Assembly: GCA_963749915.1 (NCBI GenBank)
Contig: CAVVOP010000021.1
Location: 288,001 to 352,000 of the forward strand
Direction: 5' to 3'
Length of the DNA: 64,000 nucleotides
Source: an uncultured cyanobacterium
GTDB taxonomy: Bacteria > Cyanobacteriota > Cyanobacteriia > Cyanobacteriales > Cyanobacteriaceae
The notes under the pieces were generated by a model. That model was not told the origin of the DNA. It worked only from the letters and a program-made list of their open reading frames with translations, and searched no databases. A program made the translations under genes and the position numbers. Positions 30,831-46,997 of this stretch are shown here, piece after piece; the stretch's first letter is position 1, and every line of letters begins with the position of its first letter.

Positions 30831-30926
30831 TAAAATAAGTAAAGGGTAAAGAGTAATTTTAAAAACAGTATATTATGGACTGTACACTGTTTCCCCCTTA
30901 CCCATTCTCTATTCCCTCAAAAGAAA

Positions 30927-31211
30927 TTAAGACTTAGGAGGTGCAACTCTTTCTTTGAAAAGTTTACCAGCAGAAAAAGCAGGAACTTTAGTTGCCGGAA
31001 TTTCCATTTTTTCTCCAGTTTTGGGGTTACGTCCTTCACGTGCTTTTCTGTCACGACTTTCAAAAGAACCAAAACCCACTAAAGTTACTTTTTCACCAGC
31101 AGAAACCGCTTCCATAATGGATTCAACTACCGCACTAATAACGGTATCAGCCTGTTTTTTCGTGACATCAGCCTTAGCCGCCACTGCATCTACTAATTCG
31201 CCTTTGTTCAT
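30927..31211 (-). CDS. hup: HU DNA-binding protein
   Basis: MNKGELV, GFGSFE, GRNPKTGE motifs. Confidence 0.97.
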   Translation of the reverse strand: MNKGELVDAVAAKADVTKKQADTVISAVVESIMEAVSAGEKVTLVGFGSFESRDRKAREGRNPKTGEKMEIPATKVPAFSAGKLFKERVAPPKS

Positions 31212-31424
31212 AAATTAATCTCCAATTGATTTAACATTATGGTCATAAAAACAGAGTCAATGATATTAATTAGCTGAAATTACCATCAAATGAATGTTTT
31301 ACTGTTTTTGACACTAGATCTGATATTACATGATTAAACGCTGAAATGACTAAAAATTATAGTTTTTCTTGAATTTTTTACAATTTTTCGGATTTTTGTA
31401 AAGAAATGTAAAAGAAAGCAAAAT

Positions 31425-31452
31425 TGCTCAAATTACAAAAACAATTTGAGCA
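31425..31452. other. Perfect 10-bp inverted repeat (terminator or operator)
   Basis: TGCTCAAATT-ACAAAAAC-AATTTGAGCA between the multicopper oxidase and hup. Confidence 0.55.
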
Positions 31453-31600
31453 TTGGGAAAAATAGTTTGATTATCAGACCTCATTGTGATGGATTTATAC
31501 TTCCCACCTAAAATTTCGTTCACCCGGCGATGGCTTCAGATCTGGTTGAGTCAATCATGCCTGAAGTAAAAATCTTGAGCACAGAAAAATTACGTCCAAA

Positions 31601-33088
31601 TCAGCCTATTTGTAAATTACCCATCATCCCTAAATCTTCATGATCTAAAATATGACAATGATAAACTGTCTTACCAGTAAAATCAGCAAACCGAATGCGA
31701 ATTTTTACTCTTTCTCCACGAGGTACCAACACAGTATCACGCCAAGCCGGATAACTTTCTTGAACACCGTTACGGCTAACTACCTGAAATGAATTAACAT
31801 GAATATGGAAAGGATGATCCATAACACCCGTATTAATCAATTCCCATTCTTCCACCGTATTCAATTTAACTTCTGTATCAATCCGTTGATGATTATATGG
31901 TTGTCCATTAATCAAAAATATCATGCCCATTCTCGGTGCCATTCCATGATTAAGAGTAAAACTTCTAACTCGACTAGGTGTTGGTAAACTGGTGATAGAT
32001 GCTAGTTTAGTGGGCAAAGAAATAGGTTTAATTTCCTGACTATCACTATTAAAATTAATCGTGGCAAGAATGTTTGGTGAATTATAATCATAATCTCTTC
32101 TTCTGCCCATCATTCCGCCTCCCATCATGCCCATTCCGCCCATCATACCCATACCACCTCGGTTATAAGGTAAATTTAAGAGGCGTAATTGTTTTAAATT
32201 ACTATCTCCTTTGACTAGAATTTCTGCTCGTTGTCCCGGAGTTAAGAGTAATTGCCTCATTTGTTGGGGTGAATCAATTGCACGTCCATCAGTGGCAATC
32301 AAATAAAATGAATTATTTTCTAAAGAAAGATTATAAAAACGAGAGGTAGAAGCATTAAGTATTCTTAATCTTAATAATTGCCCTTGAGATAAGGTAAAAT
32401 TAGGGTTAATTTTGCCATTGACAGTAATTAAGTCTCCTTCTCTTCCCATCATCAATGGCATCATCTGAGAATTGATTAATCTACCATTATTATCAACCGC
32501 AAAGTCTTGTAAAACCACAAATTCTTCTTTTGCTGACTTGATTTCAGGTATTTCGTCTAATTTTCCTCGGATAATAAATAAGCCAGCTAATCCTCCTGAA
32601 AGTTGTTCGGCGACATATCCGTGGAGGTGAGGATGATACCATGCAGTGATACTGTCGTGATTATCAGGGATAATAAATTCGTAAAGAAACATTTGATTTG
32701 GTTGTATTTCCAAAAAGACATTATCTGCATTACCCGTCGGGGAAATATGTAAGCCGTGATAATGTAAATTAGTGGGTTGATTTAGTTTATTGATAAATTT
32801 GATTTTAACTTTGTCTCCTGCTTTAGCTTCTAAACGGGGGGCAGGAATTTGTCCATTGTAAGTTAGTAAAGAGACTTTTTGATTATCAATTATTACATCA
32901 CTATAACCTGCTATTAAATCTACTTCTAGTAAACCATTTTTACTTTGATAAACCTTGCCTTCCCCATCAGGTAAATTGGCCCAAGATAAATTATTTTTCC
33001 GACGATTTTGCCAAAAATAGCTACCAATAATTTCCCCTGTAGTAACCATGACAAGGGCTAGTAGTTGACGTCGATCGAGTTTTTTCAT
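31601..33088 (-). CDS. Multicopper oxidase (CueO-like) with Met-rich loop
   Basis: HYHG, WYHPH, HPFHIH, HCHILDHEDLGMM motifs; twin-arginine N-terminus; GGMGMMGG repeats. Confidence 0.93.
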   Translation of the reverse strand: MKKLDRRQLLALVMVTTGEIIGSYFWQNRRKNNLSWANLPDGEGKVYQSKNGLLEVDLIAGYSDVIIDNQKVSLLTYNGQIPAPRLEAKAGDKVKIKFINKLNQPTNLHYHGLHISPTGNADNVFLEIQPNQMFLYEFIIPDNHDSITAWYHPHLHGYVAEQLSGGLAGLFIIRGKLDEIPEIKSAKEEFVVLQDFAVDNNGRLINSQMMPLMMGREGDLITVNGKINPNFTLSQGQLLRLRILNASTSRFYNLSLENNSFYLIATDGRAIDSPQQMRQLLLTPGQRAEILVKGDSNLKQLRLLNLPYNRGGMGMMGGMGMMGGGMMGRRRDYDYNSPNILATINFNSDSQEIKPISLPTKLASITSLPTPSRVRSFTLNHGMAPRMGMIFLINGQPYNHQRIDTEVKLNTVEEWELINTGVMDHPFHIHVNSFQVVSRNGVQESYPAWRDTVLVPRGERVKIRIRFADFTGKTVYHCHILDHEDLGMMGNLQIG

Positions 33089-33170
33089 TATTTCTAATTA
33101 GTAAAAAAATCCTAATCCCTGGTGTGTGTGTACCAATAGGCCTTGCCGGTACCGCTCATAAAATTTGATA

Positions 33171-35207
33171 CTATTTCATTTCGGCGATGGCACCCTTGGC
33201 CATATTTGCAATCGCCTGATCCGTCGCTTTAGGTAACTGATAGTAAGTACCTCCTGCTTGTTTTGCCAACTCCTTGCCGAAGCCGGTAGAAACAAATTTC
33301 TTTTCGGTGTCGATAACCAGCAATTTCATCCCCATAGCTCGGATTTTGCCCGCAATTTCCAGCAATTCTGCCTTAATATCGGGTTTTTCGCCCTCTGGGA
33401 TTTCATCACCTAAGGAGCGGGCTAAAGGTATATTACCCCGTCCATCAGTAATAGCTACAATCACCACCTGTCCAATATCCCCCGACATCTGTGCATTCAC
33501 TCCCACGTGAACCGCTTGACTTAAGGCATGGGATAAAGGTGAACCACCGCCACAAGGTAAAGTTTCGAGACGGCTTTTCGCTAAGGAAATAGAGCGAGTT
33601 GGAGGTAATAGGACATCGGCTTGTTCTCCCCTAAAGGGAATTAAGGCGACTTGATCTCGATTTTCGTAAGCTTCTGTCAATAAACGCATTACAGCTCCTT
33701 TAGCCGCTTGCATCCGGTTTAAAGCCATTGAGCCCGACGCATCCACCACAAAGACAATTAAAGCCCCTGCTTTCCTTGCAAGACGTTTTGACCTCAAATC
33801 TCCTTGCTCCACAATTACACGGCGATCGGGTTGTCTTAGACGGCGACTTTTTTGGTAAGGTGCAGCTGCCCTTAAGGTAGCATCAACGGCAATACGTTTT
33901 ACCTTACCTTTAGGTAGCATGGGTTTAATATAACGTCCTCTGTCATCAGAAAAAATGAGGTTACGAGCACCTGATTTACCCCGTCTTTGAGCCTGTTGGG
34001 CAAAATATAAGACGCTAGGGTCTAAGATGACCCCTTCCACATCGAAAACGAACTCATCTGGAATGCCGGGGGGTTCTTGTTGTTCTTGGCTTTCTTCCTC
34101 TTTTTTATCCTGATCCTGTTCTTGATTGTCTTCATCTTGCCCTTGTTGACCATCATCTTGATCTTGAGGTTGGGCTGGAGGCGTTGGTGGCGGTTGCATT
34201 TGATCTTCAGGAGGTTGTTGAATGATAGTTGTACGGGGAACAATTACTAATTCAACAGCTTTGCGCAAATCATCGGCTATGAGGTTATTTCTGCCTTCCA
34301 AAGCCGCCGCGGCCATGGCTACCCGTACAGCAAAAATTTCCGCCCGATGCCCTTCAACTCCTCCTCTGATGGCTTCTTCTACTAGGTATTTAATCTGTTC
34401 AGGAGTTATTTTAACTTCTTTGAGCCACTCCCGTGCAAGAATAATCTCAGTTTTGAGAGCGTCCATATCTTCCTCATACTGATGGAGGAATTTCAATGGG
34501 GATGCGGCATAGTCAATTACTTGATCTACTGCTTGGACCCTTTTATCTAATGTTAATACTTCATCGGCACTAAGAGCGATGGCAATTCTATCTAACAAAT
34601 GCTCTCTCAATGCTCCTTCTTCTGGGTTATAAGTAGCAATCAATAAGGGTTTACAGGGGTGAGAAAAACTGATGCCTTCCCTTTCAATCTGGTTTCTACC
34701 ATCGGTTAAGACGGTTAAAAGTTGGTTGGCAATTTGATCATCTAACAGGTTAATTTCATCTATATATAAAACCCCTCGATGAGCTTGGGCTAATAATCCG
34801 GGTTGAAATATGGGTTCCCCCCGTTTAACGGATTCTTCCACATCTACTGAACCTAAAAGGCGATCTTCTGTGACTCCTAAGGGTATTTGTATAAAAGGTG
34901 CAGGGATTACTTCCGTCGGGATTTGAGCGGGGGGAGTATGGGCGTATAAATTCCAGGTATCACTGTCCCAATCTTGGGAGTTTTGGGGATCACAGTTGAA
35001 GGGATTATCTTTGATTACTTCGATGGGTGGCAATAAAGCATGAATACCTCTAGCCATGACGGACTTAGCCGTACCCCGTTTGCCTGCGATCGCCACTCCT
35101 CCCAATCCGGGATCAACGGCGGCGAGTAACAAAGCGGTTTTTATGGCTTGTTGCCCAATAACGGCGGTCAAAGGAAAATTTATATTTGCGGTTGTTAATG
35201 TAGGCAT
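33171..35207 (-). CDS. chlD: Magnesium chelatase subunit D
   Basis: AAA domain, Pro/acidic linker, vWA domain DASGSM. Confidence 0.97.
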   Translation of the reverse strand: MPTLTTANINFPLTAVIGQQAIKTALLLAAVDPGLGGVAIAGKRGTAKSVMARGIHALLPPIEVIKDNPFNCDPQNSQDWDSDTWNLYAHTPPAQIPTEVIPAPFIQIPLGVTEDRLLGSVDVEESVKRGEPIFQPGLLAQAHRGVLYIDEINLLDDQIANQLLTVLTDGRNQIEREGISFSHPCKPLLIATYNPEEGALREHLLDRIAIALSADEVLTLDKRVQAVDQVIDYAASPLKFLHQYEEDMDALKTEIILAREWLKEVKITPEQIKYLVEEAIRGGVEGHRAEIFAVRVAMAAAALEGRNNLIADDLRKAVELVIVPRTTIIQQPPEDQMQPPPTPPAQPQDQDDGQQGQDEDNQEQDQDKKEEESQEQQEPPGIPDEFVFDVEGVILDPSVLYFAQQAQRRGKSGARNLIFSDDRGRYIKPMLPKGKVKRIAVDATLRAAAPYQKSRRLRQPDRRVIVEQGDLRSKRLARKAGALIVFVVDASGSMALNRMQAAKGAVMRLLTEAYENRDQVALIPFRGEQADVLLPPTRSISLAKSRLETLPCGGGSPLSHALSQAVHVGVNAQMSGDIGQVVIVAITDGRGNIPLARSLGDEIPEGEKPDIKAELLEIAGKIRAMGMKLLVIDTEKKFVSTGFGKELAKQAGGTYYQLPKATDQAIANMAKGAIAEMK

Positions 35208-35441
35208 TAAGATGTGAAACTTGTTATATGATAATCAGGTGATGATTTTAAACTTTCTTCTACCCGAGAAAGAATTAAGGAAGAGTCCATCATGATTTTT
35301 TTTTTTGACTTCTACTATTGTTAGTATTAGTTATAGTATTATAACCGTTAACTTTACTCTCCTCCTCTCACTCCTTTTTTCGCCTATTCATGATTCACTG
35401 TAGGCTATATCTTATTTTCTGTTTCCTTATCTTAAACTATT

Positions 35442-36239
35442 ATGATTCACGGTTTTATTCCCCCCGAAAGATTTTTTGCTTATTTGACATGGCAAGAAAT
35501 TGAGACGATGAAAAAAAAAGAGAATACTGTCATTATCCAACCCATCGGTGCCGTTGAACAACACGGCTATCATTTACCCTTAATTGTGGACTCAGCTATC
35601 AGCCAAGGAGTATTAGGAAAGGCTTTAAGTTTGTTAAATCCTGATATTCCGGCTTATGCCTTACCTACCCTTTATTCTGGTAAATCTAATGAACATGAAG
35701 GCTTTGCTGGTACAATTAGCCTATCAATGACTACGCTATATTCTTTAATAGAAGAAACGGCAACAAGTATTTATAATGCCGGTTTTCGCAAATTAGTCTT
35801 AATGAATTCTCATGGCGGACAACCGCAAGTCATGGAAGTCGTAGCACGAGACTTACACCAAAAATTTCCAGATTTAGCGATTTTTCCACTCTTTACTTGG
35901 AAAGTACCAAATATCACTAATGACTTGTTGACGGAGGAAGAGAAAAAATTAGGCATTCATGCCGGAGATGCAGAAACTAGTTTGATGTTGGCTTTATTAC
36001 CGAATCAGGTGAGAATGGATTTAGCGGTAAAAGAATATCCCCGTAATTTAACACCCGATAGTTTATTATCTATGGAAGGAAATCTACCTTTTGCATGGTT
36101 AACCAGAGAAGTAAGCGAAAGTGGTGTTATGGGAGACCCAACAGTAGCCACAAAAGAAAAAGGCGATCTCATCTTGACATCCTTAGCACAGGGTTGGATA
36201 AAGGTAATTGAGAATATATATAAGTTTAAGATGATTTAA
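35442..36239 (+). CDS. Creatininase family amidohydrolase
   Basis: GAVEQHG.HLPL..D, NSHGG, HAG.AETS motifs. Confidence 0.9.
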   Translation: MIHGFIPPERFFAYLTWQEIETMKKKENTVIIQPIGAVEQHGYHLPLIVDSAISQGVLGKALSLLNPDIPAYALPTLYSGKSNEHEGFAGTISLSMTTLYSLIEETATSIYNAGFRKLVLMNSHGGQPQVMEVVARDLHQKFPDLAIFPLFTWKVPNITNDLLTEEEKKLGIHAGDAETSLMLALLPNQVRMDLAVKEYPRNLTPDSLLSMEGNLPFAWLTREVSESGVMGDPTVATKEKGDLILTSLAQGWIKVIENIYKFKMI

Positions 36240-36534
36240 AAATTTGTTGTGCGTTGAGAAGAGATTGAATTACTTGTTCCGTATCTATTAATCTTTTTAA
36301 CACCACCTGACCAATATTTAGAGATAGTTTGGCATTTTCATTAATGGGAATAACTTCCACCATCATTATAGTATCTTCTACCTCATGTAACCATAAAACT
36401 TGGTTATTTTCTATCATCCCAAGGGGTAAACTTTGAATATGGGGTTTTCTGCGCCAAACATTTTCATTCCAAATACCGCCCCTTTCCCAAATCCGATTAT
36501 AAGTCCATCCTTCCGCCAGAAAAAAGTATTTCAT
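36226..36534 (-). CDS. Conserved cyanobacterial hypothetical protein
   Basis: MKYFFLAEGW...W...G.WN...WRR.P; probable start 36534, shorter than the ORF-track call. Confidence 0.7.
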   Translation of the reverse strand: MKYFFLAEGWTYNRIWERGGIWNENVWRRKPHIQSLPLGMIENNQVLWLHEVEDTIMMVEVIPINENAKLSLNIGQVVLKRLIDTEQVIQSLLNAQQIFKSS

Positions 36535-36663
36535 AAGTAGGTAAATAAAGTTAATTATATATTCGATCTCAATGAGAAGATGCTCAGTACGGGAGAAAAA
36601 ACAAATAATATCAATCAAATAAAAAGCAACAATTCATAACCTATTACTTATTACTGATCTATT

Positions 36664-39600
36664 ATGATTCCTCGCCAATTAACCCTTCAAAATTTTCTTA
36701 GTTATCGTCAAGCAACATTAGATTTTTCTGGCCTACATACTGCCTGTATTTGTGGTGCAAACGGTGCTGGAAAATCCTCTCTCTTAGAAGCGATTACTTG
36801 GGCAATTTGGGGTAAAACTCGTACTACCACAGAGGATGATGTTATTTATTTAGGAGAAAAAAATGCCAGGGTGGATTTCGAGTTTATTTATAATAATGAA
36901 TATTACAGAGTCATTCGCACTCGTCAAAAAAAAGGAAGCGGCACTTTGGATTTTCAAATCATTAATAATAGTGGTTATAAATCCCTCTCAGGAAAAAATA
37001 TCACTGATACTCAAAAACACATTATCAAATGTCTAAAAATTGACTATGATACCTTCATTAATTCTGCCTATTTAAGGCAGGGTAGAGCCGATGAATTTAT
37101 GTTACGAAAACCAACGGAAAGAAAAAAAATTCTTGCAGATTTATTAAAGTTAGATCAATATGAAACATTGGCAGAAGAATCTAAAGATTTAGCTAAACAA
37201 TATAAAATTCGCAGTGAAGATATAAGTCAACAAATAGAGGATGTTGAAAGTAAATTAGAAGAAAAAGAAGCTATTAAATTAGAGTTAAAAAATAATCATA
37301 AAGATTTAGAATATTTTCAATCTTTAGAACAAGAAAAAATAGCAAAATTAGAAGCTATTAAAAATTTATATAATCAACGAGAAACATTGAAAAAAAGATT
37401 AACCTGGCAACAAAATCAACTAGATAATATTTTGTGGAAAATTCAACAACTAGAAACAGAAAGGATTAATGTTGACACTGAAGTTAATAATTTAAGTATT
37501 ATTTTGGAACAAGAAAAAGATATTTTATTAAAATACGAAAAATTACAGAGTTTAATAGAAGAGGATAAAGAATTCAGTCAAAAATTTACTGCCTATCAAC
37601 AATTATTAGGAACAAAGCAAAAGTTAGAGCGAAAATTAAGAGAAGAAAGCAATAATTTAATTTTAGCAATTCAAAGGGAAAAAACCAACCTTGAAAATTT
37701 GCTTAAACAGGAGAAAGAATTACGAAAAATTATTAGCAAAAGTAATGATTTAACCTCCGATTTAGAAAGACTCAATGTTTTGCGTCAAAGATTAAATGAA
37801 TTAGATAAAATTCAACTAGAAATTACTCCTTTCTTGCAACAACAACAAAATATTAAAACCGCATTAGAAAGAGAAAAGGTAAGATTACAGGCTAAATTAG
37901 AGCAGTTACAAGAAAAAGAATTAACTATGGAAGCTACATTAGCAGAAGTACCGAGTAAAAGACAAAAATTTTTTACATTAGAAAAACGGCTAAAAAAATT
38001 AGAAGATAACAGAAATTATCAAAAAAGAATCCAAGAAAAAGGAGAGGAAAAAAAAGGTTTAATTCAACGATATATTGATCAACAAAAAAGTTTAGCTAAG
38101 CAAATTTTGAAATTAAATAATAAGCTAGAAATGTTAAATAAAGATCATGCTATTTGCCCATTATGCGAAAGGGAATTAGACGAGAATCACTTAGCTCATG
38201 TTATCAGCAAAACTAGGGAAGAAGAAAAACAAATAGAATCGGAATCCTGGCATTATGAAACGGAAATTGTTAACTGTAAAAGAGAGTTAGAAAAGTTAAG
38301 AAATGAATATGGAAAATTAAATGAAGAATTAGCCAATGAAAATAGTTTAAAACAAGATTATGCTAAACTCGAAAATCAATTAGATTTAACAGAAGATATT
38401 TATAGTCAATACGAGGAAATTCAACAACAAAAGGCTGAATTAATAAAATTGTTAGATACCGAGAATTATTCTCAATCCTTACATTCAGAGCTAATTAATA
38501 TTGAGGAAAAAATCCTAAAATTAAACTATAATGAAAAAGATCATGCTTTAGTAAGACAAGAGGAATCTAATTTAAGAAAAATAGAATTTCAACAGTTAAA
38601 AATTAAAGATGCCCAAAAAGACTTAGATAAGTTATTAAAGCAAAAACCAGGGTCAGAATCCCAAATTCATCAGTTAGAAATAGACTTACGGAAACTAACA
38701 AACAACTCTCCTATCCAATTAGAAATAAATGATATTGAAACTCAAATTAGAACTGTTAACTATGACAGCGGTTATCACAATAATGTGAGAAATAATTTAC
38801 AAAGTTTACAAAGTTATCAACTTAAATATGCAGAGTTACAACAGGCTCAAAAACAACATCCTCAATTGATAGAAAAATTACATCAATTAATAGCCAGTTT
38901 GGAAAATTATCAACGGGAAAAAATCACAGGGGAACAAGAATTTAATATTATTAATGAACAATTATTTCAACTTACAGATTATAGTCAAGAATTAAATAGT
39001 TTAACCAGAGAATGCTCTCAATATCGAGAAAATATTAATAACTTATTAAGAAAAAAAGGCGGATTAGAACAATCTTTAACTAATTTAAAAGATAGAGAAA
39101 ATGAAAGAGAAAAATTAGAAAAGACATTACAAGAATCCCAGAAAAACTACCGTATTTATCAAGAATTAGGAATTGCCTTTGGCAAAAACGGTATTCAGTC
39201 TCTAATGATTGAGAATATCTTACCTGAACTAGAAACAGAAGCAAATAATATTTTATCTCGTTTGACTGGTGGACAATTAAATGTTCAATTTTTAACTCAA
39301 AAACCTAAATCGAGTCGTAGTAAATCCTCCTCTTCTCAGTTCAAAGACACCTTAGAAATTATCATTTCTGATGCTCAAGGGACAAGATCCTATGAAACTT
39401 ATTCCGGTGGTGAGGCATTCCGGATTAATTTCGCTATTCGTTTAGCCTTGTCTCGTATTTTAGCCCAAAGATCCGGTACAGCACTACAATTATTGATTAT
39501 TGATGAAGGTTTTGGGACTCAAGATTCTGAAGGTTGCGATCGCCTAATTGCTGCTTTAAATGCTATTGCCGAAGATTTTGCTTGTATCTTGACAGTAACT

Positions 39601-39687
39601 CACATGCCACAATTTAAGGAGGCATTTCAGACGAGAATAGAAGTATATAAAACAGAAACTGGTTCAAAAATCCAACTTTCCACTTAA
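36664..39687 (+). CDS. sbcC: SbcC/Rad50 ATPase
   Basis: GANGAGKSS, CPLC zinc hook, YSGGE, IIDEGFG motifs. Confidence 0.95.
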   Translation: MIPRQLTLQNFLSYRQATLDFSGLHTACICGANGAGKSSLLEAITWAIWGKTRTTTEDDVIYLGEKNARVDFEFIYNNEYYRVIRTRQKKGSGTLDFQIINNSGYKSLSGKNITDTQKHIIKCLKIDYDTFINSAYLRQGRADEFMLRKPTERKKILADLLKLDQYETLAEESKDLAKQYKIRSEDISQQIEDVESKLEEKEAIKLELKNNHKDLEYFQSLEQEKIAKLEAIKNLYNQRETLKKRLTWQQNQLDNILWKIQQLETERINVDTEVNNLSIILEQEKDILLKYEKLQSLIEEDKEFSQKFTAYQQLLGTKQKLERKLREESNNLILAIQREKTNLENLLKQEKELRKIISKSNDLTSDLERLNVLRQRLNELDKIQLEITPFLQQQQNIKTALEREKVRLQAKLEQLQEKELTMEATLAEVPSKRQKFFTLEKRLKKLEDNRNYQKRIQEKGEEKKGLIQRYIDQQKSLAKQILKLNNKLEMLNKDHAICPLCERELDENHLAHVISKTREEEKQIESESWHYETEIVNCKRELEKLRNEYGKLNEELANENSLKQDYAKLENQLDLTEDIYSQYEEIQQQKAELIKLLDTENYSQSLHSELINIEEKILKLNYNEKDHALVRQEESNLRKIEFQQLKIKDAQKDLDKLLKQKPGSESQIHQLEIDLRKLTNNSPIQLEINDIETQIRTVNYDSGYHNNVRNNLQSLQSYQLKYAELQQAQKQHPQLIEKLHQLIASLENYQREKITGEQEFNIINEQLFQLTDYSQELNSLTRECSQYRENINNLLRKKGGLEQSLTNLKDRENEREKLEKTLQESQKNYRIYQELGIAFGKNGIQSLMIENILPELETEANNILSRLTGGQLNVQFLTQKPKSSRSKSSSSQFKDTLEIIISDAQGTRSYETYSGGEAFRINFAIRLALSRILAQRSGTALQLLIIDEGFGTQDSEGCDRLIAALNAIAEDFACILTVTHMPQFKEAFQTRIEVYKTETGSKIQLST

Positions 39688-39808
39688 GTTAGGAGTTATA
39701 AATCCAAAACCTTTGAAGATAAAGAGAAAAACCACAATAGTTAATCCGGGCGATCACATTATTAAAAATAATCCTTGTCAAACTCCTCTGGGACAACTCC
39801 AAACTCTC

Positions 39809-40702
39809 CTAACTACGAGGATAAAGTTGCATTAATTTTCTCACTTCTTCCGCGTGATAAGAACTACGGGTAAGGGGAGATGAGACTACTTGTAAAAATC
39901 CTAATTTTGCTCCATATTCTGCCCAAGAATTAAATTGTGCTGGGGTGACAAATTCTTTTACCTCTAAATGATGTTGAGATGGTTGTAAATATTGTCCAAT
40001 GGTGAGAATATCGCAGTCAACTTTCCGTAAATCTTCCATTACTTGTTTTACTTCTGCGTCGGTTTCTCCTAAACCTACCATAATCCCTGACTTTATATAG
40101 GTTTTGGGGCATAATTCCCTGGTTTTCTTCAATAACTCCAGGGAGCGATCATATTCCCCTTGAGGGCGAACTTTACGATATAATCTGGAGATGGTTTCTG
40201 TGTTATGATTTAAAACCTCTGGTTGAGCCTGTAAAATAGTTTCTAAAGCTTTCCAATTGCCACATAAATCAGGGATTAAAACCTCAATAGTGGTATTTGG
40301 CGATAATTGTCTAGTTTCTGTAATACAAGACACGAATTGACTAGCACCACCATCTGCTAAGTCATCCCGATTCACGGACGTAATGACCACATGATTCAGA
40401 TTAAGCTTTTTTACCGCTCTTGCTAACCGTAATGGCTCTGTACTATCAAGTTCCCTGGGGGTTTTATCAAAATCGATGTCACAATAAGGACAAGCACGGG
40501 TACAAGAAGGACCCATAATTAAAAATGTAGCAGTACCGGAGTTAAAACACTCACCCATATTTGGACAAGATGCTTCCTCACACACTGTATTTAAGTTCAA
40601 ATCCCGCAAAATATCCTTAACGCTACCAACCCTTTGAATTTGCGGTGCTTTTACCCTTAGCCAATCTGGTTTTATCGTCACAGTGTTTAATCTTTCGCTC
40701 AC
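39809..40702 (-). CDS. lipA: Lipoyl synthase
   Basis: [26 protein letters not shown] motifs. Confidence 0.96.
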   Translation of the reverse strand: MSERLNTVTIKPDWLRVKAPQIQRVGSVKDILRDLNLNTVCEEASCPNMGECFNSGTATFLIMGPSCTRACPYCDIDFDKTPRELDSTEPLRLARAVKKLNLNHVVITSVNRDDLADGGASQFVSCITETRQLSPNTTIEVLIPDLCGNWKALETILQAQPEVLNHNTETISRLYRKVRPQGEYDRSLELLKKTRELCPKTYIKSGIMVGLGETDAEVKQVMEDLRKVDCDILTIGQYLQPSQHHLEVKEFVTPAQFNSWAEYGAKLGFLQVVSSPLTRSSYHAEEVRKLMQLYPRS

Positions 40703-40741
40703 GCCAACTTTTCTCTAATAATAACTATTTTTAAGTAAAGA

Positions 40742-40845
40742 TCAATCTGCCCTCAGTGGAATTATCGTCTCAAATCGCGGACGCCCCCTAATTTCAGTAC
40801 ATGGAAAAGTTTTCGTTTAAGGGCGATCGCAATTATTTTTGACAA
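40742..40845 (-). pseudogene. Possible 5' stub of an FtsX-like ABC permease
   Basis: Directly after the ATPase stop: ALKRKLF-[8 extra codons]-RDLRR*..GQI, resembling the ALDRKLxRDLxxxxGQ start of such permeases. Confidence 0.4.
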
Positions 40846-41580
40846 TTACCATTGCAAATCCTCTGGTGCAACTTTGGTTTGATGACACTCGATGCGAATA
40901 ATCTCCCCGCTACGCATAGTAATAACTCGATCGCTCATCGCTGCAATCCCTGCATTGTGAGTAATCAAAGCAGTAGTTGTGCCCAATTCTCGATTCACTC
41001 GCTCTAATACTTGCAACACCAACTTCCCTGTTTGAAAATCCAATGCCCCTGTAGGTTCATCACAGAGCAATACTTGGGGACGTTTAGCAATAGCACGGGC
41101 GATTGCGACTCGTTGTTGTTCTCCTCCTGATAGTTGAGCGGGAAAATGATTGAGGCGATGTTCTAATCCGACTAATCTTAATGCTTCACTTGGTCTCATG
41201 GGATAGTCAGCTATTTCGGTAACTAAAGCCACATTTTCTTTTGCTGTTAGACTAGGAATTAAATTATAAAATTGAAAGACAAAGCCAACATATTTGCGTC
41301 TAAAGCTAGTCAAAGCCTGATCTCCTGCTTTAGTCAGATCTCGATGGGCAAAAATGACCTGTCCACTGGTAGGGATATCTAAACCACCTAGAATATTCAA
41401 TAAAGTAGATTTTCCGCTACCAGAAGCCCCTAATAAGACTAACAATTCTCCTGGGTATAAATCGAGACTGACGTTTTTTAAGGCCTGAACCGAAACTTCT
41501 CCCATCTCGTAGACTTTAGTAATATTCCGTATACGAAAAATAGGTAATGTTATACCTTGCTGAGAAATATTATTACTCAT
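40846..41580 (-). CDS. ABC transporter ATP-binding protein (LolD/MacB-like), orphan
   Basis: [26 protein letters not shown] motifs. Confidence 0.93.
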   Translation of the reverse strand: MSNNISQQGITLPIFRIRNITKVYEMGEVSVQALKNVSLDLYPGELLVLLGASGSGKSTLLNILGGLDIPTSGQVIFAHRDLTKAGDQALTSFRRKYVGFVFQFYNLIPSLTAKENVALVTEIADYPMRPSEALRLVGLEHRLNHFPAQLSGGEQQRVAIARAIAKRPQVLLCDEPTGALDFQTGKLVLQVLERVNRELGTTTALITHNAGIAAMSDRVITMRSGEIIRIECHQTKVAPEDLQW

Positions 41581-41866
41581 AAAATTTATTGCGCCAAGAT
41601 TGCACCAAGTTCAGCTCCCTGTTAACCTAGCGTGAGTTCGATGAAAAAAAGTACCACAAATCCCAAAAAAGCTGAGAATAAATTTGAATATTATTAATAA
41701 TAGTGTATCTCGACTCGACATCACCCCAGGGTAATCGCATTTTGTTTGCTATGAATTAATGATTCAGTCCCTCACAATAAATTGAAAATGAAGTCCTAAA
41801 ACCCTTATCAACAAGAAGATGCAGCCCTAATAACTTGAGATTTTCAAAATTTTTTGCAAAAAAAAG

Positions 41867-41895
41867 TTGCTAATTAGAGAATGGTAAGTTATATT
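41867..41895 (+). promoter_or_regulatory. Probable rrn promoter
   Basis: TTGCTA-N17-TATATT preceded by an A-tract; boxA-like GAACCTCGACAA near 41940. Confidence 0.65.
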
Positions 41896-42106
41896 AGTAG
41901 ATGTGCGGTTGAGGTCAACACCTCAGTCTAACGCACCAAGAACCTCGACAATTCAATAGTTTGAAAGCCATTTTCAAATAAAACACCCTTGTGAAAGAAC
42001 TTTAAAGAAAATCTTAAAATTAAGTTTTAACTCAATTTTAATTGTAGAAGAGCAAGTAAAACTACTTCAAAAGTCAGACAGAACCAGAAAAAGGTGAAGA
42101 AAGACT

Positions 42107-43592
<1,486 letters not shown>

Positions 43593-43662
43593 AAGGGAGA
43601 TTTCCGAAAAGGAAATCCACAAGAGTGGAAAAAGGCTTTCAAACTATGAAAAGGGGTTTGAT

Positions 43663-43736
<74 letters not shown>

Positions 43737-43791
43737 CTAAAAACCCAGAACCCAGAACCGGAAACCACAAAGGGAAGAGGAAACCGAAAAA

Positions 43792-43867
43792 GGGGGTATA
43801 GCTCAGTTGGTAGAGCGCCTGCTTTGCAAGCAGGATGTCAGCGGTTCGAGTCCGCTTACCTCCACCA
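43792..43867 (+). tRNA. trnA: tRNA-Ala(TGC)
   Basis: GGGGGTATAGCTCAG...GCTT-TGC-AAGC...CTCCACCA. Confidence 0.97.
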
Positions 43868-43971
43868 GAAGAACAAATTAGCACCAAAAAAATGGCTGCT
43901 GAACCATTGTTCAGTAAGAACCTTGAAAACTGCATAGAAAAAAAGAGGTAAAGCTGTAGAAATTACAGACA

Positions 43972-46754
<2,783 letters not shown>

Positions 46755-46813
46755 CATCTTTAAACCTCAAAAAATCTATGCAGTCTTGAAGGTGATTTAA
46801 CTTTCAAAGTCTT

Positions 46814-46931
46814 AGCTGGTGTGTATAGCATTGTGGAACCACTACGATCCATCTCGAACTCGTGGGTGAAACGCAATCGCGGCGACGATACTCCTGGGGG
46901 GACCCGGTGGGACAATAGTTCCATGCCAGCT
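46814..46931 (+). rRNA. rrf: 5S rRNA
   Basis: AGCTGGTG...CATGCCAGCT terminal helix; CCATCTCGAACTC..GTGAAAC. Confidence 0.93.
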
Positions 46932-46997
46932 TCAATACTCCCATCAAAAATCTTCCCCAACCCTACTCGGAGAACTACCACCGCCGAGGAATTAACC

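Noticed and set aside
36664..39687. sbcC without an adjacent sbcD considered as a novel SMC-like defence system
   Set aside because: Canonical Rad50 motifs in a housekeeping context; unlinked sbcC and sbcD are common in cyanobacteria
46821..46997. 59-aa N-terminal extension of the methyltransferase
   Set aside because: Overlaps 5S rRNA; an RBS supports the ATG at 46998
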